Shown piece by piece: positions 9,336 through 18,700 of a DNA stretch of 64,000 nt. This DNA comes from a virus: IMG/VR virus record IMGVR_UViG_3300030098_004740, positions 1 to 64,000 of that record; one strand, written 5' to 3'. The notes under the pieces are model-generated. The model saw only the letters and a program-made list of their open reading frames with translations, searched no databases and was not told the DNA's origin. Made by a program: the position numbers and the translations under genes. The number at the start of each line of letters is the position of its first letter. The first letter of the stretch is position 1.

Positions 9336-9905
9336 ATGGCTGACGTAGCTACAAATATAAGAGGCACAACAGACGCGCATGAAAGAAACAACAGTGTTGT
9401 TGTTGGCGCGCCTAAAGCTGCTGGAACTGATGCTCTTGGTAATAACTATACAATTAGAGCTGGCGGAAATCGTGCCACAGCAACTATTACATTTACGGGA
9501 GCTGCCACAGCAGATGAGACTATTGTCATCATCGACGCTGAAGGCACTTCTAAAACTTACACTGCTAAAAATTCAACAACGGCAGCAAGTCTTCAATTTA
9601 TTAAGACTGATAAAGATGCCGCTGCTACAGCACTAAAGTCCTGCATTGAACATGCCAATGGTCACAATGGAACAATTGCTGTAGCCGATAATGGATCTGG
9701 AGTTTTGACTTTAACTCAGATTAGGTCTGGAGCTAAAGGCAACACAACAATTACTGAAGGTTTAAGCAACTGCACTGTTACTAGTTTTAGTGGCGGAACA
9801 TCTGAAGTTGGTATAAATAGCTCGCAAGATGTTGGAACTTTAGAAACCAAATATACAAATAGATTTGATGATCCTAGATATTACTCTGGTGATGCAACTA
9901 GTTAA
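9336..9905 (+). CDS. Putative virion structural protein
   Basis: Thr/Ala-rich ATATITFTG...VLTLTQ..G..GNTTIT..FSGG domain typical of phage structural proteins; RBS AAGGAG. Confidence 0.5.
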   Translation: MADVATNIRGTTDAHERNNSVVVGAPKAAGTDALGNNYTIRAGGNRATATITFTGAATADETIVIIDAEGTSKTYTAKNSTTAASLQFIKTDKDAAATALKSCIEHANGHNGTIAVADNGSGVLTLTQIRSGAKGNTTITEGLSNCTVTSFSGGTSEVGINSSQDVGTLETKYTNRFDDPRYYSGDATS

Positions 9906-9915
9906 GGTATAAACA

Positions 9916-10407
9916 ATGGCTCTTAATTTACCCTCAAGTGCATTTACCAAATTAAACGAAGCAATACTTCTGTTTAATCGTACATGCACTTTAGTTTATC
10001 CAGAAAAGAGGACTGATTGTCCAAACTGTGTAGTCAACACGTTTGGCGGAAGGGCTGTCAATGTATACAGCGCAGGAGGACCTATTCCTTTTAATAGAGG
10101 TGTAGAGTGTCCTTACTGTGGAGGTGAAGGGTTTAAGAATGAGGAAACCACTGAGTCTGTAGAGTTAAGAATATATTACAGAAGAAGAGACTTTATAGAT
10201 GTTGGTTTTGATGCTGATATTCCTAACAATGTTATTCAAACAGTAGGATATATGAGCGATTATGAAAAACTAACACAAGCAAAAGAGCTTTTAGTTGATG
10301 TTGGAAAATATAATAAAGGCAGATACAAAAGAATATCCGAACCTTACAACCAAGGTTTTAAGCAAAACCCTACTCAGTATATCGTCATATTCTGGGAGAG
10401 GGTTTAG
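9916..10407 (+). CDS. Putative head-closure/neck protein with Zn-binding CxxC pairs
   Basis: CPNC...CPYCGGEG; position; C-terminal beta strand ending FWERV. Confidence 0.5.
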   Translation: MALNLPSSAFTKLNEAILLFNRTCTLVYPEKRTDCPNCVVNTFGGRAVNVYSAGGPIPFNRGVECPYCGGEGFKNEETTESVELRIYYRRRDFIDVGFDADIPNNVIQTVGYMSDYEKLTQAKELLVDVGKYNKGRYKRISEPYNQGFKQNPTQYIVIFWERV

Positions 10408-11060
10408 TGTCCAACTTTATCCATATAGACCAAGCAGAGCTTGAAAGAAAACTGTTTAAAGAACTGAATAGACTGTTAAATCAGTCTATGAATAAAAGTG
10501 CTAAAGAGCTAACTCCTATTATACAAGAAATTGTAAAGAAGTCTTTACTAGAATCAGAAGAGCTTAAAGCTTTGTCTAGTGGAGATTTAATTGGAGAATT
10601 TGGCATAAGACCGTCTACTGCTTCAATTGTTGCAGAACAGATAGCTCTTAATGTCTCTCAAACTGTTGAAGTAAAACCTATGAGTGTTTCTTTGAAAACT
10701 AAAAGAGGAGGGCTTTCCTTAAAAGTTCAACCAAATGACTTACAGAATGTTTTGTCTATTCCCAATGGTAGTTATACATATTATTCAAGAAGATACAAAA
10801 AAGATGTAACTATAAATTGGTTAGATTGGTTTTTGACTAAAGGGGACGCAATCATAGTTGCAAAATTTTATTTTGAAGAGTCTGTCGGAGCTGGAAGAAG
10901 TGGTATGGGGTCAATGCAGAAAGGTAGCAGTTGGAGAGTTCGTCCTGAATACTCAGGAACGATAGATGACAATGCCATAACTAGAGCTTTGCAATCCGAA
11001 GAAACAAAAGCCAAAATGATTAAATCAATAGAAAACGTAATAAAGAAGAATTTATCATGA
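10407..11060 (+). CDS. Putative neck/tail-completion protein
   Basis: Position between head closure and tail terminator; WLDW..GRSG..GT.DDN.ITRAL; GTG start. Confidence 0.45.
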   Translation: MSNFIHIDQAELERKLFKELNRLLNQSMNKSAKELTPIIQEIVKKSLLESEELKALSSGDLIGEFGIRPSTASIVAEQIALNVSQTVEVKPMSVSLKTKRGGLSLKVQPNDLQNVLSIPNGSYTYYSRRYKKDVTINWLDWFLTKGDAIIVAKFYFEESVGAGRSGMGSMQKGSSWRVRPEYSGTIDDNAITRALQSEETKAKMIKSIENVIKKNLS

Positions 11061-12082
11061 GCAAGTATTTACACAAAGTAACTAACTATGGTGATAGCAC
11101 TATATCTTCTATTATTCAAGATAATTTGATTGAGTTTTTTGATTGGGCTATTATGGACATTGGAGGATTCAATAATGTCTCTATACCTCAAACAGATGTA
11201 TACGGAGGAGACAGGCACAAGCTTAGACTTGTTAACGATCCTAGATATACTTCTGGTCAAGTATGGGAAGCCTTTAGAGGTAACTGGGTTTGGCAAAGCG
11301 GTCTAGCTTCTACCGACCAACCTAACACACTTCTTAAATTAAAACCAGATGCAGCTACATATCCAAATGCTGCATATAAACCGGGCGTTTCTGGCGTATT
11401 CGTTGGAGGTACTTTTCAGCCGACTTCTGGAGTTGGTACTTACGCCCATCATATTGATTACCCAAATGGACGAGTGGTATTTGATACTGCTATCAGCACA
11501 ACAAGTGAAGTTACTGCTGAATTTAGTTACAAACAAGTAAAGATAGTTAGAGCTACCGATGACTTTTTTAGAGAAGTGCAATATAGGTCTGAACGCGCGG
11601 ATGAAGACTTTACACTTGCAGGTTCTGGTGATTGGTCTCAGCTTTCTGAAACTAGGTTGCAATTGCCTGTTATTGCTATTGAAGTTTTAAAAGGTAGAAA
11701 TAATCAGCCTTATGCTTTGGGAACTTCTTCTCATTTTGTTAATACTGAAGTATTATATCATGTATTAGCTGAAGAAGATTATGAGAGGGACAAATTGCTA
11801 GATATAATTTCTTTACAAGATGACAATGTTATTGAATTATTTGATAGTGATAAAATAGGTAGAGATGGAGTATTTCCTTTAGATCATAGAGGAATGACTA
11901 ATACTGGAGCTAAAATTTATCCAGATTTGGTAAAAAGTACTGCTGATGGAGGATTTCCTTATACCGCACTTAATGACACTGTAAACATGAGAATGTTAAA
12001 TTCTAGAGTCTCTGTATCAGAGTCGATAAACCCAAATTTACACCATGGTGTGGTAAGGATGACTAACGAGGTGATTATCTAA
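11057..12082 (+). CDS. Putative tail terminator/completion protein
   Basis: QLPVIAIEV...YHVLAE.DYERDKLLD pattern; immediately upstream of the tail tube gene. Confidence 0.5.
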   Translation: MSKYLHKVTNYGDSTISSIIQDNLIEFFDWAIMDIGGFNNVSIPQTDVYGGDRHKLRLVNDPRYTSGQVWEAFRGNWVWQSGLASTDQPNTLLKLKPDAATYPNAAYKPGVSGVFVGGTFQPTSGVGTYAHHIDYPNGRVVFDTAISTTSEVTAEFSYKQVKIVRATDDFFREVQYRSERADEDFTLAGSGDWSQLSETRLQLPVIAIEVLKGRNNQPYALGTSSHFVNTEVLYHVLAEEDYERDKLLDIISLQDDNVIELFDSDKIGRDGVFPLDHRGMTNTGAKIYPDLVKSTADGGFPYTALNDTVNMRMLNSRVSVSESINPNLHHGVVRMTNEVII

Positions 12083-12096
12083 TAAATTATCTCAAT

Positions 12097-12117
12097 TGGT
12101 GTATAATAACTTAGAAA
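12097..12117 (+). promoter_or_regulatory. Putative late promoter TGGTGTATAATAACTTAGAAA
   Basis: 19/21 identical to 47731-47751; upstream of RBS AGGAG and the tail tube gene. Confidence 0.6.
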
Positions 12118-12150
12118 CAATAAAAAATTTCCTTTTAGGAGAGCATAAAT

Positions 12151-13233
12151 ATGGCAAGTAAAAGAACATATTGGGCTATTACCGCGCTTGGTATTGGACC
12201 TGAAGGTACTGCTGATGGAGCTGGAGTAAAAACAGCCACATACCTTAAGGGTGTCCAAAGTGTTGGTATTAGTACCAATTTTAATCTAGAGCAAGTTTTC
12301 CAGCTTGGTCAATTAGAAATTTATCAAGACGTTGAAGAAGTGCCTGATATTGAAATCAGTATCGAAAAGGTGCTTGATGACAATCCGACTGCTTATCAAA
12401 AAGCTATTGGTCAACCCACTGTTGTAAGTGGAAGTACGACCACAGATCAGTCTAGTGGTGGAACAGTCCTTACTCTAACAGGCGTTCAAAATAACAAATG
12501 TGATGCATACCTTACTGTCCATCCTGACACAGCTGAAAATGCTGGTGATAGCGGATCAGGTAAAAATGTAGAAAGTTTTGTTTGGTGTTCTGGAATGTAT
12601 GTCTCAAGCGTTTCATTCAACTTCCCAGTTGATGGTAACTTCACTGAGTCTGTGACTTTAGTTGGTAATCACAAAAAATGGTATGCTGGTGGGGCTAGTT
12701 ACACATTGTCAGGTGCGCCTACTGCTGCGGCGCTTCAAACTGGCGACGTTATGAAACGTCACAACTTTGAGTTTGAAACCATTCCAGCTAGTATTCAGCC
12801 AGCAGGTTCAGATGATGGCTTTAAAGGCGATGCAGTTATTCAGAATGTAACTGTTAGCACAGACTTTGGTCGCGAAGCTATCAATGCGCTTGGTACTAAA
12901 CTTCCTTACCACAGATATGTAACATTCCCAGTTGAAGTTACTTGTGAAATTGAAGTTATTATTAATGATGCTAAGGCTCAAGATATTGATGCTTTGCCAC
13001 TTAAAGACAGCAACCTAAGTGAAGAATCTATTAAGATTAAAGTTTGGGATGAGCATCAAGATGACGCTGCTGGTATCCAAGGTGGAGCAAGCACTCTTAG
13101 ACACACTATTGACTTAGGTGATAAGAATAAGATTACTTCTATCACTTATGGTGGTGGTGATACTGGTGGTGGTAATGCTACTTATAGTTACTCATACCGT
13201 AACTTTAATAAGCTGAACTACAATTATGGATAA
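12151..13233 (+). CDS. Major tail tube protein (putative)
   Basis: GVQSVGISTNFNLEQVFQLGQLEIY and a second IQNVTVSTDFGREAI..LG half; own promoter-like motif, strong RBS, downstream terminator; upstream of the TMP. Confidence 0.7.
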   Translation: MASKRTYWAITALGIGPEGTADGAGVKTATYLKGVQSVGISTNFNLEQVFQLGQLEIYQDVEEVPDIEISIEKVLDDNPTAYQKAIGQPTVVSGSTTTDQSSGGTVLTLTGVQNNKCDAYLTVHPDTAENAGDSGSGKNVESFVWCSGMYVSSVSFNFPVDGNFTESVTLVGNHKKWYAGGASYTLSGAPTAAALQTGDVMKRHNFEFETIPASIQPAGSDDGFKGDAVIQNVTVSTDFGREAINALGTKLPYHRYVTFPVEVTCEIEVIINDAKAQDIDALPLKDSNLSEESIKIKVWDEHQDDAAGIQGGASTLRHTIDLGDKNKITSITYGGGDTGGGNATYSYSYRNFNKLNYNYG

Positions 13234-13259
13234 TTGAATTTTGACAAAAAAATGATTTT

Positions 13260-13288
13260 AGGGGGTTGGTCTAGGCTAACCCCCTTTT
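13260..13288 (+). terminator. Intrinsic terminator after the tail tube gene
   Basis: GGGGGTTGGT-CTAG-GCTAACCCCC followed by TTTT. Confidence 0.75.
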
Positions 13289-13362
13289 GTCAGTTCATAT
13301 AGCGATAGCCATAATATTAGGATAGGCGAGTGAATGAGCTGACTTCTTACATAGGATAGTTT

Positions 13363-14391
13363 ATGGAAACTCATGAAAGAGAGTACTTTGTGTCTCAGAT
13401 AATCTATGGCGCAAAGATAATGGACTTTAGAGACAAGACCTTGATTGTTCAACCTCCAACCATGGAGCAAAACTATCTTGCAAACAGAGTCTTTAAAAAA
13501 GTTTATGATGAAGCTCTTTTATCTGGTATTTATACCAGAAATGAAATGTTAGAAATAATGATTGAACAAGGCGTTTGGTCAAAAAAGGACGAAGATCAAA
13601 TAGCAAAAAACAAAAAAAGAATTGAAGATATAAAACTGCAAATATATAAGTCATTTTTTAATAACAAGAAAAAAGAGGAACTTAAACAAAAACTAGAAAG
13701 CGTAAAAAAACAACAGTATTCACTGCTAACTAAAAAACACGCAAATGACCAAAATGATTGTGAAGGTATAGCTACTTATGCAAGATGGAATTGGATAATA
13801 GAAAATACCACATACGATGAAGATGGCAATAAGTATGACTTTTCAGATGTTAGTGTTGCATTAGTTTTAAGAAGATATAATTCAGAAAGTTTAGAAGTAG
13901 AACAATTTAGAGAGCTAGCAAGAACAGATCCTTGGAGATCAATGTGGTCTACAAGCCAATCACCAGAAAGCCTTTTTAATAGAAGAACGTCGGAACTATC
14001 TCAAGACCAGTTAGGAATTATTTCATGGTCTAGACTTTATGATAGTGTGGCAGAATCTCATGAGTCACCACAAGACAAAATAGTAGAAGATGATGATGCG
14101 TTAGATGGCTGGTTAATAGAACAAAGAAGAAAACGAGAACAAGATCAAAACAAATTTAAGTTAGATGGCTACGATGATAAGCATCAAGGCGCGGATGAAG
14201 TTTATATCATGGCATCTAGCAAGGAAGAGGCGGCAGAAGTTTATGATATGAACGATGCCCAAGGAAGGATGAATGTAAGAAGTAGGGAAAAGACGGTTAG
14301 GGAAGCTGATGGTAAACTTGTAAACCATAGAGATTTCCGAGATATGAAAATTAAAGCATTGAATGAGGCAAATGCCAAATTCGGAAACTAA
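13363..14391 (+). CDS. Hypothetical protein (possible tail assembly chaperone)
   Basis: Charged helical 342-aa ORF between tail tube and TMP. Confidence 0.4.
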   Translation: METHEREYFVSQIIYGAKIMDFRDKTLIVQPPTMEQNYLANRVFKKVYDEALLSGIYTRNEMLEIMIEQGVWSKKDEDQIAKNKKRIEDIKLQIYKSFFNNKKKEELKQKLESVKKQQYSLLTKKHANDQNDCEGIATYARWNWIIENTTYDEDGNKYDFSDVSVALVLRRYNSESLEVEQFRELARTDPWRSMWSTSQSPESLFNRRTSELSQDQLGIISWSRLYDSVAESHESPQDKIVEDDDALDGWLIEQRRKREQDQNKFKLDGYDDKHQGADEVYIMASSKEEAAEVYDMNDAQGRMNVRSREKTVREADGKLVNHRDFRDMKIKALNEANAKFGN

Positions 14392-14399
14392 AGGAGGGT

Positions 14400-14801
14400 A
14401 TGATGGAAGACTCATATGCCGAACTTGTTAGGAAATCGGAAAAATACAAAACCGATAAAACTAATAAGTACAAAGAGGTCTCGAAAGATAGGCTTCTTAA
14501 AATATCAAAAAAGAAGATACAAACCACGATGATTGGTGCATTAAGTACTATTGAAAAACATTTTGGTTTTTTATGGGGTCACGAAAGTGGTGAAGCGTTA
14601 ACTCCCGAACAGGAGCATGTGAAACAACTTTTTGATGAAGTAAGGTCGGAGATACTTGATAGGGGTAATAATCAAGCTCGCAATTTAGAAGCCGAGTTTA
14701 ATCATTACGAAATTAATTGGTTAAGATACCAAATTACATTACCTGTTAAAGATATCGCAACTATAAAGGAAGAAGAAAATGGCGAAGAGCAAGAGAATTA
14801 A
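14400..14801 (+). CDS. Hypothetical protein
   Basis: 133-aa ORF with RBS AAGGAGG. Confidence 0.6.
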   Translation: MMEDSYAELVRKSEKYKTDKTNKYKEVSKDRLLKISKKKIQTTMIGALSTIEKHFGFLWGHESGEALTPEQEHVKQLFDEVRSEILDRGNNQARNLEAEFNHYEINWLRYQITLPVKDIATIKEEENGEEQEN

Positions 14802-15729
14802 GATTTCATCTACGGACTTGAATGGCGAAGAAAAAGAAGTATACATTCAACTTCCAAGCGCAGAAGAAAATAAACAAGCACAGCTTGCATATAATAGAGC
14901 TTTTAAAGAAGCACTTCAATCAGGAGCAATCTTGAGACAAAAGCTTCAAAAAGTGATGAATGAGCAAGGGATATGGGATGACGACAAAGAAAAGCAATAC
15001 CAAGCTATTCTAGAAGAAATCAATGAAGGTGAAAAGACTCTTAGCAGAGGTGGTATATCACTGACTGAAGCTAGGAGCATAGCTCTCCAAATGAGAAGAA
15101 AACGAGTTGAGTTCAGATCATTAATTGCCGAAAGAAGTTCGATGGACAGCAATAGTGCTGAAGGTCAAGCTGACAATGAAAGATTTTCTCATCTTGTATA
15201 CATTTGTTTAAGAAACGCAAACGGTAAAAATCTTTTCAAAACAAAAGAAGATTACGAAGAAAATGCTAATCAGCCATATGTTGTAGAAGCTGCTGGACAA
15301 CTAGCAGAAAAACTTTATGGATTAGATCCTGATTACGACAGAAATCTTCCTGAAAATAAATTCCTAGAAGCATACAAATTTAGTGATGAAGCTACTAGAT
15401 TGATTAATAAAGATGGTCATCTAATTGACATTGATAAAGATGGCAATGAAAGGCTTATTGATGAAAATGGTAGATATATTGCTTATGACGACGAAGGTGA
15501 ATCCTACTTCATTGACAAAGATGGTGAAAAATTAAACGAAGCTGGAGATTACGAAACTGAGTTTACTCCATTTTTAGATGATGCGGGGAAACCTGTAGAA
15601 GTCCCTTCTGAAAAAGAAGAAGAAGAAGAAGAAACTGCTGAGGAAGAAGCTGTAGAGGCAGAAGAGTCTAAGCCTACTACAAAAAGGAGAACGACCAAAA
15701 GGTCAACTACGAAAGCTAAAACCGAATAG
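14779..15729 (+). CDS. Hypothetical protein (possible tail assembly chaperone) with DxDG repeats and acidic then basic tail
   Basis: Directly upstream of the TMP; DKDG/DENG/DDEG repeats; EEEEEETAEEE then KRRTTKR. Confidence 0.45.
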   Translation: MAKSKRIKISSTDLNGEEKEVYIQLPSAEENKQAQLAYNRAFKEALQSGAILRQKLQKVMNEQGIWDDDKEKQYQAILEEINEGEKTLSRGGISLTEARSIALQMRRKRVEFRSLIAERSSMDSNSAEGQADNERFSHLVYICLRNANGKNLFKTKEDYEENANQPYVVEAAGQLAEKLYGLDPDYDRNLPENKFLEAYKFSDEATRLINKDGHLIDIDKDGNERLIDENGRYIAYDDEGESYFIDKDGEKLNEAGDYETEFTPFLDDAGKPVEVPSEKEEEEEETAEEEAVEAEESKPTTKRRTTKRSTTKAKTE

Positions 15730-15741
15730 TAAATATGGAAA

Positions 15742-15787
15742 GTGGGTGTATCGCTAGAGTCTGTCTATCGGTATGCCCATTTTTTTT
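15742..15787 (+). terminator. Terminator-like hairpin immediately upstream of the TMP RBS
   Basis: GTGGGTGTATCG pairs with CGGTATGCCCAT (with G-U), inner TAGA/TCTA, followed by a T-run. Confidence 0.6.
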
Positions 15788-15798
15788 GAGGTAACAAC

Positions 15799-18700
15799 AT
15801 GGCTGGCAATTTCAACATAACAGCACAGATACACCTGCAAGCGCCTAACGCAAAACAGTTTTCTAGAAATTTGCAAAAACAATTGCAAAATCCTAACATC
15901 AAGGTAAATTTGCAAGGCGCGCCTAAAACCGTAAAGGATCTTAACAATGTAGTTAAAGCTACTAAAGACGTTGAGAAAGCTAGCAGAAGTGCTGGTAAGG
16001 GTGCTGACTATATGGGTCGTCAGCTTGGAAGTGCTTTCAAGCAAATCATGAAATACGACATCGCTCGTCGTGTTTTTTCTCTTTTTGCAAACTCTATTGA
16101 ACAAGGCGTGAGAGATGCTATTGCTTTTGAACGAGCTATGGTAAAAGTTGCTCAAGTCAGCGGAGCAAGCGCGAGAGAAATGAAGGCGTTGACAAAAGAA
16201 ATCACTAACGTTTCTAAACAATTTGGAGTCAGTTCTCAAACTTTAGCTAGAACAAGTTTGATTCTTAAACAAACAGGTCTCTCTATGAGAGACACTAAGG
16301 TAGCGATGGAGGCTTTAGCTAAAACAGAATTAGCTCCTACGTTTGATAACATTGCTGATACAGCTGAAATGGCTGTTGCCGCGATGAGGCAGTTTGGATT
16401 GGAAGCTAGCAAACTTGAAGGTCTATTAGGTAAGATCAATACTGTCGCCGGAAACTTTGCTGTTGAGTCTTCTGATATTGGTGTCGCTATTAGGCGTACT
16501 GGTGGCGCGTTTAAAGCTGCCGGTGGTGAAATAGAAGAACTCATAGCCCTATTTACGTCTGTTCGTGCTACTACTCGTGAAACTGCTGAGACTATTGCTA
16601 CTGGTTTTAGAACTATTTTTACCAGACTGCAACGGCCAACAACTATTAAATTCTTGCGGCAATTTGGAATTGAACTTACAGACCTTGACGGTAAGTTTGT
16701 CGGCCCTTACAAAGCAGTCGAAAGACTTCATGGAGCATTAAAAAACCTAGACCCTCAAGACCTAAGATATTCAATGATCGTTGAACAACTTGGTGGGTTC
16801 CGTCAAGTCTCTAAGGTCATCCCGTTAATACAACAATTTGGCACTGCTCAAGCTGCGTTAAATGCACAACAAGCTGAAAGCGGAAGCTTAGCATCAGATG
16901 CTGCTAAAGCACAAGCGACTCTCGCTGTTCAAATGCAGAAACTAACTGAACAGGTAAAAGAACTGTTTCGTGAAATAGTTGGATCTGACTCTTTCCAAAT
17001 GATGGCAAAAGGAGCATTTGCTCTTGCTGAAGGCATTATCAAAGTAGGGAAGGCTCTTGCTCCAGTCATACCACTAATAACAGCCATGGCCGGTATGAAG
17101 ATGGCTGGCTGGGCTATGGGAAGTATGAAGATGTTTGGAGGCCGTGGACTAAACCAATCTCTTGGTACTATGGGAGGCACAGGCGGTCCGGGCTTTTACA
17201 ATCGTGGTGGTCGTGTACGTAGATTTAGTAGAGGTGGCTGGGTTCCGGGATCTGGTAATGGTGATACTGTACCTGCATTACTAGAGCCGGGAGAATTCGT
17301 ATTACGTAAATCTGCTGCTCAGGCTTTTGGCCCACAACTGGCTTCTGTTAATAGATATGGCAATGGCACTCGTGGTTCTTCAGGTGTAGACCCTGATGGT
17401 ATGTCAGCTTCTTCGTCTCCAGTATTATCAAGAGCTTTATTCCAAGGCGTACATGATGGTGATAGTTACCGAATACATGGAATACCTTCACAACAGAAAT
17501 GGAATACAACCACTAGACTTGACGGAGGGGTAGATGCTTATGAAATAAGAAATATGTCTTCTTCTGGTCCAGTGTGGGGTCCGAGAGAGAAGCAGTTGGG
17601 AGATTTAGCCAAGGCGATGGCAGAGAGTCACGCCTCAAAAATTAAAAAAGGTCAAGACATCATAGGAATGTTTGGGAATGTAGACCCAAAGAAGAAAGAA
17701 AAATATGGAAGACCTTTGATGACAGACCCTACCTTGGCCGATTCTTTGCTACAGGCTGGTCTTGGAGAAACTGACAAAGCTACAGGCACTCTAGAACAAA
17801 GAGTCATGAAATATGCTCAAGGAAGAACTAGAGCAGGAATAAATTCTGGTCCCGCTGGAAGTCTTTATCAACAATGGGTAGCTGAAGAAAGACAAAAACT
17901 TGAACAAGAAAACAAAATGGCTTCTGGAGGTTTGGTTCCTTCCCTTCTAACCCCCGGAGAATTCGTAGTTAACAAGAAGTCAGCTCAAAGATTTGGTTAT
18001 GGCAAGCTATCTAAGATGAATAGATATGCTGGCGGTGGAGCTGTTCGTAGATACGCTAATGGTACTGGTGGCGCTGGCGTTCTTCCTATGGGTATGGGCG
18101 GCGGAGGAATGTTCGGAGGAATGATGATGCAGCTGGGCATGATGGAAGGCATGTTCGGCAAAGTAGGTAAAGCTGGACTTGGAGCTTTTAATGGATTAAC
18201 CAACGTTGCTGCTGGAGCAACAATGGCCTATGCAAAATTTTCTATGGTAACCCAAAGTGTTGGCGCTGCTGCACAAATGTTTGGCCTTCAAAGCGAAGCT
18301 GTTACAGCCTTCATTGATAGACTCTCTATGGTTGGTGGAGTTATAAGTTCGCTTTCTTCTGTTGCTCAAAATCCAGCAACTCAAGCTGCATTTAGCCATG
18401 CTATTGACTGGGCTGTGAATGGTTTGATGCTCTTTGGCGGCAAGCTAAAAAACTTAGGAAAAGCCATGGGAGGAAAAATCGGCACCGCAGTTAGCAGTGC
18501 TGGTGGCAGGGTAAGTGGTTCGGCAGCACATGTTGCTAAGGGCGGACGCCATGCTAAAGAAATGTATCAAGGAATATTCCAAAGAGGCCAAACAAAAGCA
18601 TTTCGGGACAAGGTACTCAAAAGGCAAGAACATTACAAAGGCGTCGCAGCAAGTAAAACCAAAGCTGCTGGCCATGCAACAAGAAACATGGGAGAGTTGG

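Noticed and set aside
9336-9905. Tail sheath protein (myovirus)
   Set aside because: Only a small accessory-type domain of 189 aa; no sheath core, and no recognisable baseplate wedge genes in the window
13241-13270. Perfect TTGACA as a sigma-70 -35 box
   Set aside because: No -10-like hexamer at 16-18 bp spacing (it would fall in GGGTTGG); better explained as part of an RNA helix
13363-15729. Programmed -1 frameshift (lambda G/GT type) in tail chaperone genes
   Set aside because: Each ORF has its own RBS and start, and I found no convincing slippery heptamer at the ORF ends; not excluded computationally
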